Below are positions 1 to 7,281 of a DNA stretch of 20,203 nt, one piece after another. The DNA comes from Myxococcales bacterium (GTDB lineage Bacteria > Myxococcota_A > UBA9042 > JABWCM01 > BTVJ01): the NCBI GenBank assembly GCA_045863395.1, contig BTVJ01000116.1, positions 1 through 20,203 on the forward strand, read 5' to 3'. A program made the translations under genes and the position numbers. Under the pieces are notes generated by a model. It saw only the letters and a list, made by a program, of their open reading frames with translations, searched no databases and was not told the origin of the DNA. The number at the start of each line of letters is the position of its first letter. The stretch's first letter is position 1.

Positions 1-90
1 CTAAAGCCCCTCCGGCAGTCCCGGCTACGGCAGTCTCGGGGGCGGCCCCGCTGCGAGCGCGAGCGGCAGCACAAGCGCAACACGTTCGAC
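1..90 (+). repeat. attC: attC-like recombination site, right half (left half lies outside the window)
   Basis: L' GCACAAG (69-75), 8-nt spacer CGCAACAC, R' GTTCGAC (84-90). ACAAGCGCAACACGTTCG is identical at 71-88 and 1283-1300. Bases 14-37 match 2646-2669 at 22/24 positions. Confidence 0.75.
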
Positions 91-245
91 CCCGCGCACG
101 TCCGTAGGCGACCGGCCATTTGTACTTGTAGAGGCTCCCGAGGTTGACTTTCTGAACACACGGGTTCCTCAACGGTACGGTGAGGGTCCATGCTGTCCCC
201 TTTGACCCGTGCCAAGGGAGGATTGTACGTTCCAGCACTTCGCCC

Positions 246-274
246 TTGACCATCGCCGTGGTACCGCCTACGAT
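246..274 (+). promoter_or_regulatory. Sigma70-type promoter of the TA operon, probably leaderless
   Basis: TTGACC (246-251), 17-nt spacer, TACGAT (269-274), 6 nt, then ATG at 281. No Shine-Dalgarno before the ATG. Confidence 0.7.
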
Positions 275-280
275 ACCAGC

Positions 281-706
281 ATGGACTTGGTAGTCGTCAT
301 AGACACGAACGTTTTGGTTGCCGGGCTCAAGTCGTCCCGCGGCGCGTCGCATGGTGTTCTTCAGTGCTTGGGTGACGGTGCGTTTGCGCTTGCGCTGTCG
401 GTTCCGCTTGTTCTTGAGTACGAAGCAGTTCTCCTTCGTGGATCGCTGGAACTCAACCTCTCAACCACCGACTTCGCTTCGGTTCTTGACTACCTATGCA
501 GCGTTGGCCGCGCCCAGGCGATCTTCTATCTCTGGCGGCCACTCCTACGTGACCCGAAGGACGACATGGTCCTTGAGGTCGCCGTGGCGGCGGGTGGGGT
601 ACCTATCGTGACGTTCAACAAGCGTGACTTTCGTGGAGCCGAGAAGTTCGCTGTCCCCCTTTGGACTCCGCAAGAGTTGTTGGCTCAACTGGAGGTGCGA
701 CCATGA
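281..706 (+). CDS. PIN-domain (VapC-like, PIN_3-type) putative toxin
   Basis: VVIDTNVLVAG N-terminal PIN motif, LVLEYEAVL, RDPKDDMVLEVAV, IVTFNKRDF (conserved acidic residues). Start moved from GTG 209 to ATG 281 based on the promoter and the domain boundary; 141 aa. Confidence 0.92.
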   Translation: MDLVVVIDTNVLVAGLKSSRGASHGVLQCLGDGAFALALSVPLVLEYEAVLLRGSLELNLSTTDFASVLDYLCSVGRAQAIFYLWRPLLRDPKDDMVLEVAVAAGGVPIVTFNKRDFRGAEKFAVPLWTPQELLAQLEVRP

Positions 707-942
707 GCGCTCTGAGCCTACGCCTACCCGATTCGTTGCACGCCAAGCTGCGTGAAGTCGCCGAACGGGACGGTGTATCGATCAACCAGTTCGTGACGAC
801 TGCCGTCGCGGAGAAGCTCGCTGCCCTCGCGACGGAGGAGTACATCACAGAGCGTGCTGCCCGGGGGAACCTGGCTGCCTTCCGCAAGGTGTTGGCGAGG
901 GTTCCAGACAGGGAGCCCGACGAAGCCGACAAGCTGCGCTAA
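703..942 (+). CDS. Ribbon-helix-helix (HicB C-terminal/CopG-like) antitoxin
   Basis: MSALSLRLPDSLHAKLREVAERDGVSINQFVTTAVAEKL is an RHH pattern. ATGA overlap with the toxin stop; GGAGG SD at 691-695; 79 aa. Confidence 0.9.
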   Translation: MSALSLRLPDSLHAKLREVAERDGVSINQFVTTAVAEKLAALATEEYITERAARGNLAAFRKVLARVPDREPDEADKLR

Positions 943-1123
943 GCGCCTGGCCCGGCCGACCGTTGCTGTTCGGCGGCTTCCGCTCCACCGCACTACCGTC
1001 TGTTGCTCGGCTCGTTTCCTGCACCTTCGCAGCCACAACAGCGATTCCCCCGTTCCCTCCCACGTTCGCTTCGGTTATCATCGGGGCTATGTGGGGTACC
1101 TTCGAACGAACGACCGTGAATGG

Positions 1124-1302
1124 GTCGAACACGCACTTCGTGCTGACACTTGGCCGGCCGCGCGGGATTGCCTCCGGGATTGCCTCCGGGATTGCCTCCG
1201 GGCCTGCCTCCGTGCTTCGCGCTTCGGCATTCGGCGCTCCGGCAGTCCCTGCGGCATTCCCGCGGGCGCGGCCAGGCGCAGAACAAGCGCAACACGTTCG
1301 GC
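1124..1302 (+). repeat. attC: Complete attC-like site (179 bp)
   Basis: R'' GTCGAAC, 5-nt spacer ACGCA, L'' CTTCGTGC with an unpaired 4th C (extrahelical G on the bottom strand), TGAC with an unpaired A, long imperfect stem (TTGGCCG/CGGCCAG, CGCGGGATTGCC/GGCATTCCCGCG, GGGATTGCC/GGCAGTCCC), L' GAACAAG, 8 nt, R' GTTCGGC. Confidence 0.82.
1164..1211 (+). repeat. 12-bp tandem repeat GGGATTGCCTCC x3 plus one degenerate copy, inside the attC-like site
   Basis: Exact copies at 1164, 1176 and 1188; GGGCCTGCCTCC at 1200. Confidence 0.95.
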
Positions 1303-1384
1303 CTACCGAACGGCCTCCGGCTCGAACAACGTCCTGGGTCGGGACGCTTCCTTGCCCCACTCACCAACACGCAAAGGGTAACTC

Positions 1385-2443
1385 ATGAATGAAGGAGCCT
1401 ACAGTGACCTCCTAGGTAAACTGCGAGAGGCGCTAGTTCTCTTCAAGCCCGGGCACCCCATTTACGAGCAGACCGTGGCACCCCGTGACACAGTGTTTGC
1501 TCGCTACCGGCCGGTCTTCTCCTGTGAAACGGTCAGGTCCATCTCCAAGGAAGACTTTACCTCTTTCTTGTACCTTGAAAACAACCTTCACTGGAGCGGC
1601 CTCTACCGAAAGGGCCTCGGAGCAGCTGCCGACATGGGCAAGCTACGCACCGCCCTAAGCATACTGGTCGACGAGTCACGACCAATTCGGGACCGCCTGA
1701 CGGAGGCCGTCTCCATGGTGTCGGGCTTTGGAAAGGGCACAGCCACTGCCATCCTGACCGTTACCTATCCGACGCGATACGGTGTCTGGAACAACACTTC
1801 TGAAGCCGCACTCATGCAGGCCGGTGTATGGCCGAAGTTCGAACGGGGCGACGGCATCGGTGGTCGGTACGAGAAGGTCAACGAGATTCTCGCTCGGCTT
1901 GCCACTGACCTCGGAGTCGACTTCTGGACGCTGGATGCCCTCTGGTGGTCCCAGTTGGAAGGCACAGGCCCATTTCCCCCGCCACCTGTCAATCCTGACA
2001 ATGACTCCAACGTCAGGGCAGCCGGCGCGACATCGTTCGCGCTCGAACGGCAGATTGAGGACTTTCTCCTTGAAAACTGGGACCGCACGCCACTGGCTAC
2101 CGACTGGCGCATCTACAGCACGCCAGATGAGCCGGAAGCCGGAAATCAGTTTCCTACCTCCATCGGCAGAATTGACATCCTGGCAATTCACAAATCAGAG
2201 CCTCGCTACCTCGTGATCGAACTAAAGCGCAACCAGTCGTCGGACCAGACGGTCGGCCAGGCACTTCGTTACCTTGGCTGGGTGAAGAAGCATCTTGCCA
2301 CGAGTGGCCAGTCCGTAGAAGCGTTGATCATTGCGCACACGATTGGGACGGATCTGCAATACGCTGTCTCGACTATTCCTTCCGTGAGCGCCATGACCTA
2401 TGCAATCGAGTTCCGTCTGTCGCCTCTTGCCCCATTGGCGTGA
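1385..2443 (+). CDS. Two-domain protein: unknown N-terminal helical domain plus C-terminal NucS/EndoMS-like (DUF91-type) PD-(D/E)XK endonuclease
   Basis: C-terminal FALERQIEDFLLENW...GRIDILA...YLVIELKR...VGQALRYLGWV gives the E, D, E-x-K and Q-x3-Y motifs. Pro-rich linker (PFPPPPVNP). AAAGGG upstream of the ATG. Sole gene of cassette 2. Confidence 0.82.
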   Translation: MNEGAYSDLLGKLREALVLFKPGHPIYEQTVAPRDTVFARYRPVFSCETVRSISKEDFTSFLYLENNLHWSGLYRKGLGAAADMGKLRTALSILVDESRPIRDRLTEAVSMVSGFGKGTATAILTVTYPTRYGVWNNTSEAALMQAGVWPKFERGDGIGGRYEKVNEILARLATDLGVDFWTLDALWWSQLEGTGPFPPPPVNPDNDSNVRAAGATSFALERQIEDFLLENWDRTPLATDWRIYSTPDEPEAGNQFPTSIGRIDILAIHKSEPRYLVIELKRNQSSDQTVGQALRYLGWVKKHLATSGQSVEALIIAHTIGTDLQYAVSTIPSVSAMTYAIEFRLSPLAPLA

Positions 2444-2548
2444 GCATTCGAGCCAAATGGGCCTCTGGCGTGGACTTTCGAGGTTGCTGCACTTGAGTAT
2501 GCCCCAACAGTTGCTTCTCAGGTGCACAACTCGAGCCCTTGGCGTGGG

Positions 2549-2669
2549 GCCGAACACGCGCTTGGTTCTGACACCCGTGGCTGCCGGCGTGGCCCCCCCC
2601 CGAGATTGCCTCCGCCCAGATTGCCTCCGGGGCTACCGCCCCGGAGGCAGTCTGGGCTACGGCAGTCTC
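2549..2669 (+). repeat. attC: Truncated attC-like site (R'', L'' and central hairpin present; right arm with L'/R' missing)
   Basis: GCCGAAC-ACGCG-CTTGGTTC-TGAC, then hairpin GAGATTGCC-TCC-GCCCAGATTGCCTCCGGGGC/TACC/GCCCCGGAGGCAGTCTGGGC-TAC-GGCAGTCTC (2602-2669). Similarity to the site at 1-90 stops at 2669. Confidence 0.72.
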
Positions 2670-2807
2670 AATGCCCGTCCCACTGAGAGTCGTCGCAGCC
2701 CCACAGTTTCCACCCATTGCAGCTATGCAATAGCCACACCCAGACGCCCCAGTGCACTAGCGCTCTGCTCAGCCGCCCCCTAGCGCGAGTCCCGAATCGC
2801 CGCCCCC

Positions 2808-4898
2808 TCACCCCACCACAGCCCGAGCGTCCACCGCCGCGAAGCGGTCCGTGCCCGGGAACGCCAGCAGCGGATTCACGTCCAGCTCCCGCAGCGTCGG
2901 GTGGTCCGTGACCAACTGCGCAAGGCGCACGATGAGCTCCGTAAGGCGCGCGATGTCCACCGGGCCCTTCCCGCGGACTCCCCGCAAGAGGTCGCGCGCC
3001 CGCAGCTCGGCGATCATGGCGCGGGCGTCGTCCTCTGCGAAGGGGGCGATGCGGAAGGCCACGTCCCGCAAGGTCTCCACGTGGATTCCGCCCAGCCCGA
3101 ACATCACCACAGGGCCCAGCTTCGGCTCCACGGTCATGCCCAGGATCAGCTCCAGGCCACCGCGGAGCATGGGCTGCACCAGAAAGCGCAGGTCCGCGTC
3201 CTCGGGGAGGAGGCGCTCTCTGAGGCGCTCCAGCTCCGTCGCCAGCGCCTCCGGTCCCTCCAGGTCGAGGACGACCCCGCCCACGTCCGTCTTGTGGGTG
3301 TGGACCTCGGACGCGATCTTCAGCGCCACGGGCCAGCCAATCCGCTCAGCAGCCGACAGCGCCTCCCCCGCAGTTCGCACCTCTGCGGTGGGTACGGTGG
3401 GGATCCCGTAGATCTCCAACAGCTCGAAGCACTCCACCAACCGTAGCGCACGCCGCCCCTCGCGCTGCGCACCGGCAATCACCTGCGCCGCCCTCTCCCG
3501 CTCTACCTCTCTCCGCTCGAACGCCGCCAGCGGGCGGTCGCGCCACTTGCGCTGGCGGACCATGGCGGCCAGCGCGTAGGCCGCCGGCTCGGGGAACGGA
3601 TAGACCGGAATCCTGGACTCCTCGAAGTGGTGGACGCCCTCGATGTCTCGCTCCTCTCCCATGAGGCAGGCGAGAACCGGCGTGTCCGGCGCCAGCCGCC
3701 GCGCCTCGCAGATGGCCTGGATGACGGTGGTGGTGTCCGTGATGATCGGGGGCACGAAGATCACCAGGACCGCGTCGATGCCCGGGTCCGCCAGCACCGC
3801 CTCCAGGGCGATGGCGTAATCTCTGGCTTGGGCGCTGGCGATGAGGTCCACCGGGTTTCGCAGCGCCGCCTGGGGGTGGAGGCGGCCGCGCAGCCGATCC
3901 AGCGTCTCCGCCCGGAGCGCCGGAATCTCCAGCCCCACGCCGATGCAGGCGTCGGTCGCCAGGATTCCCGGCCCTCCTGCGTTCGTGACCACGGCGACCC
4001 TCCGCCCCTTCGGCAGCGGCTGCGTCGCGAAGGCGCGCGCCAGGTCGAACATCTCGTCCACGGTGCGCACCCTCAAGACACCGCACTGCGCAAACAGGGC
4101 CTCCGTGACGGCGTCGCCGGCAGCCAGACTGCCCGTGTGGCTCGCGATGGCGGCGCGCCCCACCTCCGTCGCGCCCGCCTTCACGGCGATGACCGGCTTG
4201 CGCTTGGTGATCTCGCGGGCGAGCTGCACGAAGCGCCTCGGATCACCGAAGCTCTCCAGGTAGAGGAGCATCAGCTCGGTGCGCGGGTCCGTGTCCCAGT
4301 ACTCCAGCAGGGCGTCCGCGCTCACGTCCGCGATGTTTCCGACGCTGGCGAACATGGAGAGACCGAGGCCGAGGCGCCCCGCGTAGTTGAGGATCGCCTC
4401 GCCCAGCGCGCCCGACTGGCTCATGAAGGCCACGCCTCCGGGGATCGGGCGCGTGCGGGCGAAGGTCGCGTTCATGCTCACGCCCGGCTCGGTGTTCAGG
4501 ATGCCCATGCAGTTCGGGCCGATCAGCCGGATGCCCGCAGCGCCGCAGATCGCCAGCAGCTCCTGCTCCCGCGCCAGGCCCTCGCCGCCGACCTCCTTGA
4601 AGCCGGCGGAGATCACGACCATGCCGCCGACCCCCTTCTGGGCGCACTCCCGCGCCACGTCCAGCACCTGGTCGGCGCGCACGGCGACCACGGCGAGGTC
4701 CACGGGATCGGGGATCTCGAGCACCGACGCGTGGCACTTGATGCTGTGCACGTTGTCGAGCTTCGGGTTCACGGGGTAGAGGCGGCCGTTGAAGCCGCCC
4801 GCGATGATGTTGTGGGCGATCTGCCAGCCGATGCTGCGGGGCGTGCCGCTGGCACCGATGACCGCGATGGAGCGGGGTCGAAAGAGAGAGTCGAGCAT
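2808..4898 (-). CDS. Acetate/acyl-CoA ligase (ADP-forming), fused alpha/beta subunits (CoA-binding, ligase, ATP-grasp)
   Basis: LFRPRSIAVIGAS, LYPVNP, ISAGFKE, IGPNCMG, SQSGALG, ASHTGSLA (phospho-His), VTNAGGPGILATD, NPVDL, HKTDVGGV, ELDVNPL. No GNAT domain. Alternative GTG start at 4901. Confidence 0.93.
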   Translation of the reverse strand: MLDSLFRPRSIAVIGASGTPRSIGWQIAHNIIAGGFNGRLYPVNPKLDNVHSIKCHASVLEIPDPVDLAVVAVRADQVLDVARECAQKGVGGMVVISAGFKEVGGEGLAREQELLAICGAAGIRLIGPNCMGILNTEPGVSMNATFARTRPIPGGVAFMSQSGALGEAILNYAGRLGLGLSMFASVGNIADVSADALLEYWDTDPRTELMLLYLESFGDPRRFVQLAREITKRKPVIAVKAGATEVGRAAIASHTGSLAAGDAVTEALFAQCGVLRVRTVDEMFDLARAFATQPLPKGRRVAVVTNAGGPGILATDACIGVGLEIPALRAETLDRLRGRLHPQAALRNPVDLIASAQARDYAIALEAVLADPGIDAVLVIFVPPIITDTTTVIQAICEARRLAPDTPVLACLMGEERDIEGVHHFEESRIPVYPFPEPAAYALAAMVRQRKWRDRPLAAFERREVERERAAQVIAGAQREGRRALRLVECFELLEIYGIPTVPTAEVRTAGEALSAAERIGWPVALKIASEVHTHKTDVGGVVLDLEGPEALATELERLRERLLPEDADLRFLVQPMLRGGLELILGMTVEPKLGPVVMFGLGGIHVETLRDVAFRIAPFAEDDARAMIAELRARDLLRGVRGKGPVDIARLTELIVRLAQLVTDHPTLRELDVNPLLAFPGTDRFAAVDARAVVG

Positions 4899-5068
4899 CA
4901 CACGGAGTCCTCGAGGTCCTGCGCCCGCGCACCGTGCCCGGGCCTGCGCAGGGTAGCGCCTCTCGTGCCGCCCGTCGACCGGCGCGCCGCCGAATCACAG
5001 CCCGCCCCGCGCCGCGCGCCCCGCAGCGACCGGCCCCAACCACGACGCAACCCGGTCCCCCCCGCCCC

Positions 5069-6652
5069 TCAGTCGATGAGCGCGTTCAGCTCGAACCCCG
5101 TGACGGTGCTCGTCGCCCCTCCCGCGGTGTCGATGAACGTCACGCGCCCCGACGCGTGCGCCTGGGGCACCGCCATGCGGCGCGCCGCCAGGACGGGGAT
5201 GAGGTGCGTCGGAGGCGATACCAGCGAGATGCGACTCTCCAGGAGCGGCCCGAGGCGGAGCTCGGCGACGCTGTGACCCGCCGCCGTCCCCCCGGGCAGC
5301 ATCACGTAGGCCTTGCCGTCCTCGGGGGCGAAGGCGACCGCCGCCACGTCCACCGCGGTCAGGAACAGCTTGGCGAAGCCGCTCTTCAGGTCGACCACGC
5401 TGTAGCCGAAGCTCTTGTCCACCTCGGCGTCCACCTGCGCCCGCGTCGTCCGCCCGTCCTTGTCGAAGCGCCGCGAGTGCGTCACGAGGGCCCAGCGGCT
5501 GTCCTCCGTGGTCGCCACCGCGGTCACTCCCTTCTGGAGCAAGATCGACGACGTCGTGAGCGCTGACAGGTCGAGGGCGATCAGCGACTCCACCGTCGGC
5601 TCCGTGGTGTAGAGCAGCGCCAGGGAGTCGTCCTGAGTCACCCAGGCCACGCCCGGCGCCCATTTCAAATCCACGAGCGTGACAGCCCCCTCCCCCGTCG
5701 GGTCATCCAGGTCGACCAGCGCGGCCTGCGCGGTGGTCTTGAGCACCACCAGCGCCCTTGACCCGTCGTGGAGCAGGTCCAGGTCCGTGGGCTGCCCGGG
5801 CAACCCGACCACGCTCAGCGCCCCGGACTCCAGGTCGACCACGATCAGCCGCGCGGCCCCGAGCTCTCGCACAACGGCCCGCGCCCCATCCGGTGTGACG
5901 TGCACCTCCCGCTCGATCACGGACCCCTGGGGGTCGTCCGTGACGGCGATCTCGGGGATGAGCGACGCCTCGTTGGCCTTGGCCACGTCGATGGGGGTGA
6001 TGCCCGCCCGGGTCACGATGTAGGCGGTCTTGCTGTCGGTCGTGTACGCGACTCCCCGGGGCTCGAAGCCCACGCTGACCGTCACGGACGTCGGCTCGTC
6101 TCCGAGGCGCACGAGCGTCACCGACTGGAGGGGACCGAGCTTGCTGCCCGTCGCGCGCGCCGCGTCGAACCAGACCACCGCGCTCTTGCCGTCGGGGGCC
6201 AGCGTGATGGCGTTGGTGCCGTCGGCGACCGGCACCGAGCGCACGACCACCTCTGCCCCGGGCGCTGCGTCCACCACCGCCAGCCGGTCGGAGCCGCCAG
6301 AGAGCGCCGCCACCGTGTCCGTGCCCGGGAACACGGCGACCACGTCCGGGTGGCTGCCCACGTCGATGAGGGTGACCTCCAGGGTGACGGCGTCGATGCG
6401 CACCAGGGCGTCCAGGCTCGGGTCCGTGAGGAAGACGTAGTGGACTCCGGCTTGGGGTACGGAGATTGGCACGACCGTCTCGGGCTCCGGCTCCACGTCG
6501 CCGCCACCACCAGCCCCCCCACCGGAGCCGCCACCCCCACCGCCCCCGCCGCCGCCTCCGTTGAAGTCCCCCGAGGCCGCCCCGGCCATCTCGTCGGCGC
6601 TGCCACCGCATCCAGCCAGCAACCCCACCACCAGCATGACTCTCAGAACCAT
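5069..6652 (-). CDS. Lipoprotein with Gly-rich tether and predicted beta-propeller (YncE/YVTN-like)
   Basis: True start MVLRVMLVVGLLAGC (lipobox LAGC) with AGGAG SD; the upstream part of ORF 5069-8524 is a shadow frame. Blade-like repeats (IDVGSHP, LAPDGKSAVV, YTTDSKTAYI, VTPDGARAVV, LLHDGSRALV); 527 aa. Confidence 0.8.
   Translation of the reverse strand: MVLRVMLVVGLLAGCGGSADEMAGAASGDFNGGGGGGGGGGGSGGGAGGGGDVEPEPETVVPISVPQAGVHYVFLTDPSLDALVRIDAVTLEVTLIDVGSHPDVVAVFPGTDTVAALSGGSDRLAVVDAAPGAEVVVRSVPVADGTNAITLAPDGKSAVVWFDAARATGSKLGPLQSVTLVRLGDEPTSVTVSVGFEPRGVAYTTDSKTAYIVTRAGITPIDVAKANEASLIPEIAVTDDPQGSVIEREVHVTPDGARAVVRELGAARLIVVDLESGALSVVGLPGQPTDLDLLHDGSRALVVLKTTAQAALVDLDDPTGEGAVTLVDLKWAPGVAWVTQDDSLALLYTTEPTVESLIALDLSALTTSSILLQKGVTAVATTEDSRWALVTHSRRFDKDGRTTRAQVDAEVDKSFGYSVVDLKSGFAKLFLTAVDVAAVAFAPEDGKAYVMLPGGTAAGHSVAELRLGPLLESRISLVSPPTHLIPVLAARRMAVPQAHASGRVTFIDTAGGATSTVTGFELNALID
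6500..6559 (-). repeat. Poly-glycine coding tract (G11-S-G3-A-G4)
   Basis: 20 codons of mixed GGN, shortly after the lipid anchor. Confidence 0.9.
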
Positions 6653-7278
6653 AGCACCACTCCTACCCGCACGACCGCGGTCGACAGGCTCATGCCGCCC
6701 AGGTCCGTCACCCCGCCCGGGGTCGCCCCCTCCAAGACCAAATCGGACAGCCACGCATACCCGGCGTCCACCGTGACCCCCACCGACAGGTCCTGCTGGC
6801 TCTCGTCGGGGGCATCGAAGAACACGGTCGCGGGCAGGTGCAGCTCGATGCCCCCAGCCACCTCCGCCCCGCCGCACCAGGCGTCCGAGGCGACGTTCAC
6901 CACGCTGTCCTTCACCGTGAAGCCGCCCCACCGGACAACGCCATCGAGGCGACCGTAGACGTCGATCCACGATGCGAGGCGCTGCTGCCAGCGCACACCC
7001 AGGATGGCGCCGTGCAGCTCCAGGTGGGTCGGGGATCCGCCCCGCAGTGAGCCGTCGATGTCGCCGTAGGAGTAGCCCCCCTCGATGACGAGGCCGCTCC
7101 ACACCCGGCCCATCACCCGGGCCTCGAACAGCGCCGCCGAGCCGTCGCCCACCGTCGACCGAAAGCCCACGTCCTGAGGCTCGATGAGGACCCCGCTCAG
7201 GTCGACGCCGATGCCCACCGCCTGCGCCGGGACCGGGGCCAGGAGGACCACCGCCAGCACCACGAGTGCTCGATTCAT
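6643..7278 (-). CDS. Small outer-membrane beta-barrel protein (hypothetical)
   Basis: Signal peptide (…PVPAQA), alternating amphipathic strands, C-terminal VRVGVVLWF with terminal Phe (beta-signal-like). Overlaps the downstream gene start. Confidence 0.72.
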   Translation of the reverse strand: MNRALVVLAVVLLAPVPAQAVGIGVDLSGVLIEPQDVGFRSTVGDGSAALFEARVMGRVWSGLVIEGGYSYGDIDGSLRGGSPTHLELHGAILGVRWQQRLASWIDVYGRLDGVVRWGGFTVKDSVVNVASDAWCGGAEVAGGIELHLPATVFFDAPDESQQDLSVGVTVDAGYAWLSDLVLEGATPGGVTDLGGMSLSTAVVRVGVVLWF

Positions 7279-7281
7279 GGC

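Larger units (their letters stand above)
1..2669 (+). mobile_element. Integron-type gene cassette array (distal end); no integrase in window
   Basis: Three related attC-like sites alternate with + strand genes. The R' of each site complements the R'' of the next: GTTCGACCC 84-92 with GGGTCGAAC 1122-1130, and GTTCGGCC 1296-1303 with GGCCGAAC 2548-2555. This is expected if cassettes are exchanged at G|TT. Predicted cassette 1 = 85-1296, cassette 2 = 1297-~2669. GC is visibly lower than the backbone after ~2800. Confidence 0.8.

Noticed and set aside
209..280. N-terminal extension of the PIN gene from GTG 209
   Set aside because: It would span the predicted promoter; the PIN motif begins right after ATG 281.
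943..1121. Additional degenerate attC or small RNA in the non-coding tail of cassette 1 (GTTCG motifs)
   Set aside because: No L boxes or consistent long stem could be built by eye.
1164..1211. Possible CRISPR array
   Set aside because: The 12-bp repeats are directly tandem with no spacers, there are no cas genes, and they form one arm of an attC-like hairpin.
845..1392. Overlapping ORFs (845-1360, 854-1381, 963-1388, 993-1370, 1150-1392)
   Set aside because: They run through the attC site and tandem repeat, give low-complexity translations and have no convincing RBS.
2808..4898. Protein lysine acetyltransferase (Pat/YfiQ) call
   Set aside because: No GNAT domain, and the catalytic His motif (SHTG) is retained, which favours an active NDP-forming ligase.
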